DNA from: Thermodesulfobacteriota bacterium
Lineage (GTDB): Bacteria; Desulfobacterota; DSM-4660; Desulfatiglandales; HGW-15
Direction: 5' to 3'
Assembly: GCA_042573485.1 (NCBI GenBank)
Contig: JBHPCX010000006.1
Span: 255 to 64,254, forward strand
Length of the DNA stretch: 64,000 nucleotides
Part shown: in pieces, positions 58,247-64,000 of the stretch
Layout of the letters: each line of letters opens with the position of its first letter
How positions within the stretch are numbered: the stretch's first letter is position 1
Translations under genes and position numbers: made by a program
Notes under the pieces: generated by a model
What the model was told of the DNA's origin: nothing
Databases searched by the model: none
The model's input: only the letters and a program-made list of their open reading frames with translations

Positions 58247-60739
58247 TCAGCACTTTGAATAACCGCAAAAATGGCAGGTCATACATCCTTCTTCAAAGCT
58301 TATGACCTGGTCGCATTCAGGACACTTTTCACCCATTAAGCTGTTATTGGTTTTTGATTTGCTCGATTTATTATCGCCGTTCATATACCTGTTCTTGAGA
58401 ACACGGCTTATGGCATCAGGAATTGAAAGCACAAGGCCGTCCTTCATGAAAATAGGATACTCGCCACCAATTCCTTCAAGCTGCGAGACTATCTTTTCCA
58501 CATTTACTCCTGATCTGAGTGCTAGAGAAACAAGGCGTCCGATTGCTTCTGTTTTGGCTGTTGTTGATCTTCCGGATTTTCCGATTGTCGCGAATATCTC
58601 AAAGGGTCTTCCATCGTACTCTGTAACAGTTACATAAAGATTGCCCATGCCTGTCATCATTTTTGATGTAAACCCTTCAAGGATTTCCGGACGATCCAGT
58701 TCCCTTATGGATGGTATTGACACTTCCGTTCCTTCTTCACTATCACTGAAACTTAATACCTGGTTCTCCTTGCTGCCATCACGGTAAATTGTTACACCCT
58801 TGCAGCCAAGCTCATAGGCCATGTCATAGACCTTAGAAACATCATTTATTGTAGCGTCTTTAGGTAAGTTCACTGTTTTTGAAACAGCATTGTCCGTGTA
58901 CTTCTGAAAGGCGGCCTGCATCCTGATATGCCATTCCGGGGTAATGTCATGTGCTGTTACGAATATTTCCCTGATATCTTCAGGGATCTCATAGAGATCA
59001 TGGATACTTCCTTTCTTTGCAATGGCATCCATCAGTTCATGACTGTAGAAACCCATCTCTTTTGCGACTGTTTCAAAATGAGGGTTCACCTCGGCGAGTA
59101 TGTTATCGTCCATTACTCTCCTGACAAAGCTTAGGGCAAACAGAGGTTCTATTCCGCTGGAACAGCCGGCCAGGATGCTCAGTGTTCCTGTAGGAGCGAT
59201 TGTGGTAGTGGTAGCATTTCTGTATTCCTGGCCCTCCTGGTCTTTGAAGATGCTGCATTCGTAATTATCAAAAACGCCTCTTTCTTCCGCCAGGTATTTT
59301 GATGCATCATGTGACTCCTCTTGAATAAAGGACATGACCTCTTCTGCTATTTCAAGCGCCCTTTCCGAATTGTAGGGGATCCTTAACTGGTAAAGCATAT
59401 CAGCGAAGCCCATGATCCCGAGGCCTATTTTTCTATTGCTCTTGACCATGGCATCTATTTCCGGAAGTGGATATTTCGACATGTCAATTGTATTATCCAG
59501 AAACCTTACACTCCACCAGATCAGTTCCTTAAGCCCTTCATAATCAATCGCGGGTTCTTCCTGATTCTCAATTACATATTTTGAAAGATTTATTGAACCC
59601 AGGTTGCATGCCTCCATGGGGAGCAGGGGCTGTTCGCCGCATGGATTAGTACTTTCAATTTCACCCAATTCAGGAGTAGGGTTGTCCACATTTATTTTAT
59701 CAAGAAAAACTATCCCGGGGTCCCCATTATCCCACGCCTGGCTGACAAGTGCTTTGTAGACTTCAGTACTGTTTGCTTCTCCAACCGTTCTATCGTCCCT
59801 GGGATCTATAAGATCATAATTATTACCTGTCTTGACTGCTTCCATAAAGGTATCGGTGACACCGACAGATATATTAAAGTTATTCAACTCTTTATTATCC
59901 CTTTTACAGTAAATAAATTCCAGTATATCGGGGTGGTCAATTCTCAGTATTCCCATATTGGCGCCCCTGCGGGTGCCTCCCTGCTTTACCTGCTCTGTTG
60001 CAGTATTGAATATCTTCATGAATGATATAGGGCCTGAAGCGACACCGCCTGTCGTTCCAACCCTGCTCTTACTGGGCCTTAAGCGGGAAAAGGAAAAACC
60101 TGTACCGCCCCCTGATTTATGTATAAGGGCCGCGTTTTTAAGTGAGTCAAATATGCCTTCCATGCTGTCATCAACCGGGAGTACAAAACAGGCCGCGAGC
60201 TGTCCCAGGCGTCTCCCCGCGTTCATAAGTGTGGGTGAATTCGGCAGAAATCTGAATTCTGTCATCATTTTATAAAAAGTGTCTTCAACCTTTTCAATGG
60301 AGTCTTCATCGCCGTATTTTTTTTCAGCCAGGGCGATGTGGTGGGCTACTCTCCTGAACATTTGCTCAGGATTTTCAATAACGTTACCTTTGCTGTCCTT
60401 TTTCAAGTATCTGTTTTTTAATACAGTAAGGGCATTTTCGGACAGGTGCAGTTCTTCCTTAAGAAATATCGAACTGTCCAATTTTATCGGCGCGGTTTTG
60501 GTCAATCCGTATTCCAGTAATTTTGCCTCGACAATCTCCTCGAGTAGGGGGATGGTAATTGTTTTCAACTCCATCTTGAGAATATCTTCTCTCAGGGCCC
60601 TGCTGATATCCATGGCCTGACTGCTGTCTATGGGATTCTCCCTTACCAGTAAATCTGAAAAAAGAGTATCATCCCACCTGTATGAAGCAAGATCGAATGT
60701 ACCGTCATCCGTAACAAGAAGTTTACCCTGCTGCGCCAT
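58247..60739 (-). CDS. nrdJ: Vitamin B12-dependent class II ribonucleotide reductase
   Basis: NSPTLMNAG, LAACF, GGGTG, QGGTRRGANM, TNPCGEQP, TIAPTGT; TSCPD-like domain and Zn-ribbon C-terminus; degenerate ATP cone. Confidence 0.94.
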   Translation of the reverse strand: MAQQGKLLVTDDGTFDLASYRWDDTLFSDLLVRENPIDSSQAMDISRALREDILKMELKTITIPLLEEIVEAKLLEYGLTKTAPIKLDSSIFLKEELHLSENALTVLKNRYLKKDSKGNVIENPEQMFRRVAHHIALAEKKYGDEDSIEKVEDTFYKMMTEFRFLPNSPTLMNAGRRLGQLAACFVLPVDDSMEGIFDSLKNAALIHKSGGGTGFSFSRLRPSKSRVGTTGGVASGPISFMKIFNTATEQVKQGGTRRGANMGILRIDHPDILEFIYCKRDNKELNNFNISVGVTDTFMEAVKTGNNYDLIDPRDDRTVGEANSTEVYKALVSQAWDNGDPGIVFLDKINVDNPTPELGEIESTNPCGEQPLLPMEACNLGSINLSKYVIENQEEPAIDYEGLKELIWWSVRFLDNTIDMSKYPLPEIDAMVKSNRKIGLGIMGFADMLYQLRIPYNSERALEIAEEVMSFIQEESHDASKYLAEERGVFDNYECSIFKDQEGQEYRNATTTTIAPTGTLSILAGCSSGIEPLFALSFVRRVMDDNILAEVNPHFETVAKEMGFYSHELMDAIAKKGSIHDLYEIPEDIREIFVTAHDITPEWHIRMQAAFQKYTDNAVSKTVNLPKDATINDVSKVYDMAYELGCKGVTIYRDGSKENQVLSFSDSEEGTEVSIPSIRELDRPEILEGFTSKMMTGMGNLYVTVTEYDGRPFEIFATIGKSGRSTTAKTEAIGRLVSLALRSGVNVEKIVSQLEGIGGEYPIFMKDGLVLSIPDAISRVLKNRYMNGDNKSSKSKTNNSLMGEKCPECDQVISFEEGCMTCHFCGYSKC

Positions 60740-60910
60740 TAACTCCCCCCCTAAAATAAATTGACTGTAATTCTATTTGATACTAATAAATTGTAATTAC
60801 TTTATATAACCGAAATGACATAGGAATGACGAAATAACCAGTAAATAAAATAAATTTTGAATAGTCGCGGTTAATTACCAAAGCTAATACCAGATATAAT
60901 ATATTAATAA

Positions 60911-60957
60911 TAACATTATATAGCAATTCGGCTATTCTAAAGTACAACATATTGTAT
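60911..60957. promoter_or_regulatory. Tandem NrdR boxes upstream of nrdJ
   Basis: TAACATTATATAGCAA (60911) and GTACAACATATTGTAT (60942) fit acaCwAtATaTwGtgt, with starts 31 bp apart. Confidence 0.7.
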
Positions 60958-61039
60958 GTCAACAAGAATGATTATTTTTATTGCACTTTATGCCGGGAGA
61001 CGCCGGATTGCCTGCGCGATCTGCAAGTTTGATGATAAA

Positions 61040-61342
61040 ATTGATGGCCTCCCGGATAAAATTGGGAAGATCAAGATGGAGAGGTTGAGTAAATAAGAAA
61101 CGGAGGACACAAAAAGATATGTCCCGGGCAGTGAGGCCGATGGATATCTGACAAATTTTAATCAGATCATTCAAATGGCCCTTGATGAGGTGCAGGGTAT
61201 GGGGTATGATCACAGGAAAAACTATCCTGAAGATATAAAGAATGTTATTGTGAAAAATATAAACCCTGCGGCGAAAGAGTATTTTATTCCCGGGGTAGAT
61301 AACAGCCGTACCGGGACCGAAATCCTGAAATCCAAATGGTAG
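61040..61342 (+). pseudogene. Degenerate C-terminal fragment of an M16 (pitrilysin-like) peptidase
   Basis: KIGKIKMERLSK*ETEDTKRYVPGSEADGYLTNFNQIIQMALDEVQGMGYDHRKNYPEDIKNV...AAKEYF resembles M16 C-termini; contains an internal stop. Confidence 0.45.
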
Positions 61343-61905
61343 AAATTATGACAGATGACCTGAGCCCTGAAGAGGAAAAGAAGATTAAAGAACAGGAAGA
61401 ACTCATGCTGAAAGATCTTTCCGAAAGACTTGAGTTATTCGGAAAGTCGGGAAGTGACCTTATCCCCATTCTTCAGATGATTCAGAATAAATATGCCTAC
61501 CTATCACCCGAGACAATCGATCTGGTAGCGAAACATCTGGGAACCACTTCAAGCAATGTATATGGTGTCGCTACATTCTATAACCAGTTTCGGTTCAGTC
61601 CTCCTGGCAAACATCAGATAAAGGTATGTCTCGGTACAGCCTGCCATGTGAGGGGAGGGGACATAATCCTTGAAAATTTTGAAAGAAAGCTCGGTATTAA
61701 ATACGGAGAAACAACTCCGGACAGGGAATTCAGTATAGAGAGAGTCGCCTGTGTGGGCTGCTGCGCGCTTGCCCCCGTAGCAATAATTGATGAAGGCACA
61801 CAGGGGAAGATGGCTCCAAGCAAGGTGGAGGGTGTGCTCCTCGGTTTTCAGATAGAAAAGGAACGGGAGGAACGGGCCGGCAGAAAAGAGGGTTCAAATG
61901 AATAG
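61336..61905 (+). CDS. nuoE: NuoE/HydC-like [2Fe-2S] subunit
   Basis: LIPILQ.IQ..Y.YL, VATFY, VCLGTACH, ACVGCCALAP. The true start may be 61348. Confidence 0.9.
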   Translation: MVEIMTDDLSPEEEKKIKEQEELMLKDLSERLELFGKSGSDLIPILQMIQNKYAYLSPETIDLVAKHLGTTSSNVYGVATFYNQFRFSPPGKHQIKVCLGTACHVRGGDIILENFERKLGIKYGETTPDREFSIERVACVGCCALAPVAIIDEGTQGKMAPSKVEGVLLGFQIEKEREERAGRKEGSNE

Positions 61906-63823
61906 AGAAAACCTCATTCAGACATTCGATAGAATACATGAACAGGCAACCCTGGATGTGACGAATGAATCGAAGGGTGAGAAGATTAAGATATATATCG
62001 GCAAAGGCACTTGCGGTATAGCCGCGGGAGCCCTTGAAACCCTTAAGGCGATTGAAGAAACTCTCTCCGGGGAGGGCATAAAGGCGGATATAAAATCAAT
62101 TGGATGTATTGGTCATTGTTATGCCGAGCCGGTTGTGATCATTGATAATCCGGATTCCGGATTCCCACCAATTTTCTACCATCAGGTCTCTCCGGGAAAG
62201 GCCAGAATGATATTAAAATCCTTCCTGAACGATGGAGATCCTCTTTTCGAGCATATGATGGGGGCAATGGTTGAGAATGATCTCATTCCAGGCATTATGG
62301 ACTTTCCAAGATTCAACAGTGAAAAACGTATTGTTATGGAAAAATGCGGGTACCTGGATCCTGATAATATTTCAGATTTTATAACAAAGGAAGGTTATTC
62401 ATCACTTGTGAAGGCCCTCCAGATGGAACCTGATGAGATTTTAAATGAGATATTGTCATCGGGTTTGAGGGGAAGAGGGGGCGCAGGATTTCCAACTGGT
62501 GAGAAATGGAAACTGGTAAAATCGGCTGACAGCCGGGATAAGGTTATCATATGCAACGCTGATGAAGGTGATCCGGGCGCCTATATGGACCGTAATATAC
62601 TTGAGAGCAATCCGCACCAGCTTCTCGAGGGGATCGCAATATGCGCCTATACAGTCGGAGCTGAAAAAGCTGTGATATACATCCGGTCGGAATATCCCCT
62701 TGCTGTTGAGACTGTTAAGAACGCCATTGATCAGGCAGAAAAACTGGGTGTTCTTGGTGAAGACGTCCTGGGGACCGGTCTGAATATCAACGTTTCTGTT
62801 TTTGAAGGTTCAGGGGCATTTGTATGTGGTGAGGAGACCGCTCTCATTCAATCCATTGAAGGGAAAAGGGGAATGCCCAAATTCAGACCCCCATATCCTC
62901 CCGAGACCGGATTATGGGGACTGCCTACTGTTATAAACAATGTAAAGACCTTTTGTTCCATCCCTTCGATCATCAGTAAAGGTGCCGGGTGGTATTCTGC
63001 TATAGGGACGGAGAACAGTCCGGGTACCGCCATTTTTTCCATTGTCGGTAATGTGATTCATTCCGGCCTGGTGGAAATCCCCATGGGGGTGAAGTTGAGG
63101 GACCTTATTTTCAGTATCTGTGGCGGAGTTCCTGACAAAAAGGCATTTAAAGCAGTCCAGATAGGAGGGCCGTCAGGAGGCTGCCTCCCTGAAGATTTTC
63201 TTGATGTCCCCATCGATTTCGAGTCCCTGAAAGGGGCGGGCGCGATGATGGGGTCAGGCGGTATGGTTGTAATGGATGAGGACACGTGCATGGTCAATAT
63301 CGCGCGCTACTTCCTGGATTTCACCCAGCAGGAATCCTGCGGAAAATGTACATTTTGTAGAATAGGTACCAGACATCTGCTTGAAATACTTGAGAGGATA
63401 ACCACAGGCGAAGGCACTGATAAGGATTTGAACAGGCTTGATGAATTATGTGAAGACATAAAAAACGGCTCTTTGTGCAATCTTGGAAAAACCGCTCCCA
63501 ATCCTGTCATAACAACGCTAAAGTATTTCAGGGAGGAATATGAGGCGCATGTAAAGGAAAAACGGTGCCCGGCAAAAATGTGCCGTAAACTGACAGCCTT
63601 TTACATTGATCTTGAAAAGTGTGCCCGGGGATGTGATGCCTGCGTGGGGTCATGTCCTGTGGAGGCAATTTTTACCACCAAGGAAAGAAAGAAAGGTGTA
63701 GACCTGGAGTTATGTGTAAAATGCGGTGAATGCATGGTTGCCTGCCCGGAAGAATACAGCGCGGTTATGAAGGTCTCACCGCCGGAAAAGGCCCCTTTTA
63801 TTAAACGACCTGAATCAGAATAA
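61898..63823 (+). CDS. nuoF: NuoF/HydB-like FMN/NAD-binding subunit with extra Fe-S domains
   Basis: N-terminal thioredoxin-like 2Fe-2S domain, GLRGRGGAGFPTG, NADEGDPG, GEETAL, ESCGKCTFCR, C-terminal 2x[4Fe-4S]. Confidence 0.92.
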   Translation: MNRENLIQTFDRIHEQATLDVTNESKGEKIKIYIGKGTCGIAAGALETLKAIEETLSGEGIKADIKSIGCIGHCYAEPVVIIDNPDSGFPPIFYHQVSPGKARMILKSFLNDGDPLFEHMMGAMVENDLIPGIMDFPRFNSEKRIVMEKCGYLDPDNISDFITKEGYSSLVKALQMEPDEILNEILSSGLRGRGGAGFPTGEKWKLVKSADSRDKVIICNADEGDPGAYMDRNILESNPHQLLEGIAICAYTVGAEKAVIYIRSEYPLAVETVKNAIDQAEKLGVLGEDVLGTGLNINVSVFEGSGAFVCGEETALIQSIEGKRGMPKFRPPYPPETGLWGLPTVINNVKTFCSIPSIISKGAGWYSAIGTENSPGTAIFSIVGNVIHSGLVEIPMGVKLRDLIFSICGGVPDKKAFKAVQIGGPSGGCLPEDFLDVPIDFESLKGAGAMMGSGGMVVMDEDTCMVNIARYFLDFTQQESCGKCTFCRIGTRHLLEILERITTGEGTDKDLNRLDELCEDIKNGSLCNLGKTAPNPVITTLKYFREEYEAHVKEKRCPAKMCRKLTAFYIDLEKCARGCDACVGSCPVEAIFTTKERKKGVDLELCVKCGECMVACPEEYSAVMKVSPPEKAPFIKRPESE

Positions 63824-63828
63824 TAAAT

Positions 63829-64000
63829 ATGGATAAAAAAATAAGAATAAAAGCAGATGGTAAAGAGATCGAGGTAAAAGAAGGGGATAATCTTCTCCGG
63901 GCTTGTCTTGATAATAATATTTTTATACCGAACCTTTGTTATATGGGAGGTATGGATTCTCCCCCGGTTTCATGCAGGCTCTGTTTTGTTGAAATAGAGG
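63829..64000 (+). CDS. NuoG-N-terminus-like [2Fe-2S] protein, 3'-truncated by the window edge
   Basis: MDKKIRIKADGKEIEVKEGDNLLRACLDNNIFIPNLCY...PVSCRLCFVEIE. Confidence 0.8.
   Translation, partial: MDKKIRIKADGKEIEVKEGDNLLRACLDNNIFIPNLCYMGGMDSPPVSCRLCFVEIE

Noticed and set aside
61248-61265. Rex operator upstream of nuoE
   Set aside because: Only the TTGTGAA half matches; the second half-site is absent.
1-64000. CRISPR array, rRNA, intact transposase or intact integrase
   Set aside because: No regularly spaced identical repeats with unique spacers, no rRNA-like sequence, and only fragments of mobile-element enzymes.
61336-64000. Respiratory complex I operon
   Set aside because: No nuoA-D upstream, and NuoF carries the extra Fe-S domains of soluble HydBC-like modules.

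Overview
64 kb of bacterial chromosome (about 40% GC by eye), most consistent with a Desulfobacterota (former Deltaproteobacteria) anaerobe: MglA GTPase, rubrerythrin, class II ribonucleotide reductase, NuoEF-like flavoprotein and sigma-54 promoters. The right half is mostly housekeeping (tilS, ihfA, hisHF, rlmH, thrC, kdsD, recD2, sfsA, nrdJ). The stretch between tRNA-Asn (15.4 kb) and tRNA-Pro (32.2 kb) is accessory. It holds decayed integrative-element ends, attC-like integron sites, a REP-associated tyrosine transposase (RAYT) remnant, a pilin pair and a three-gene operon: Tat-exported Cys-containing ModA-fold protein, NapH-like membrane ferredoxin and a full-motif NifB, with no nitrogenase genes in the window. 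That operon is the best candidate for an undescribed system. The second candidate is a sigma-54 cyclic-nucleotide circuit: a class III cyclase with an unrecognised sensor domain beside an enlarged Apyc1-like MBL hydrolase, plus an operon encoding a TPR/PilZ-like protein, MglA and a DUF4388-cNMP protein. Intergenic DNA is dense with palindromic repeats, including a ~32-bp unit that is visibly inserted inside other repeats. No CRISPR array or rRNA was seen. All family calls come from motif recognition by eye; no database searches were run.
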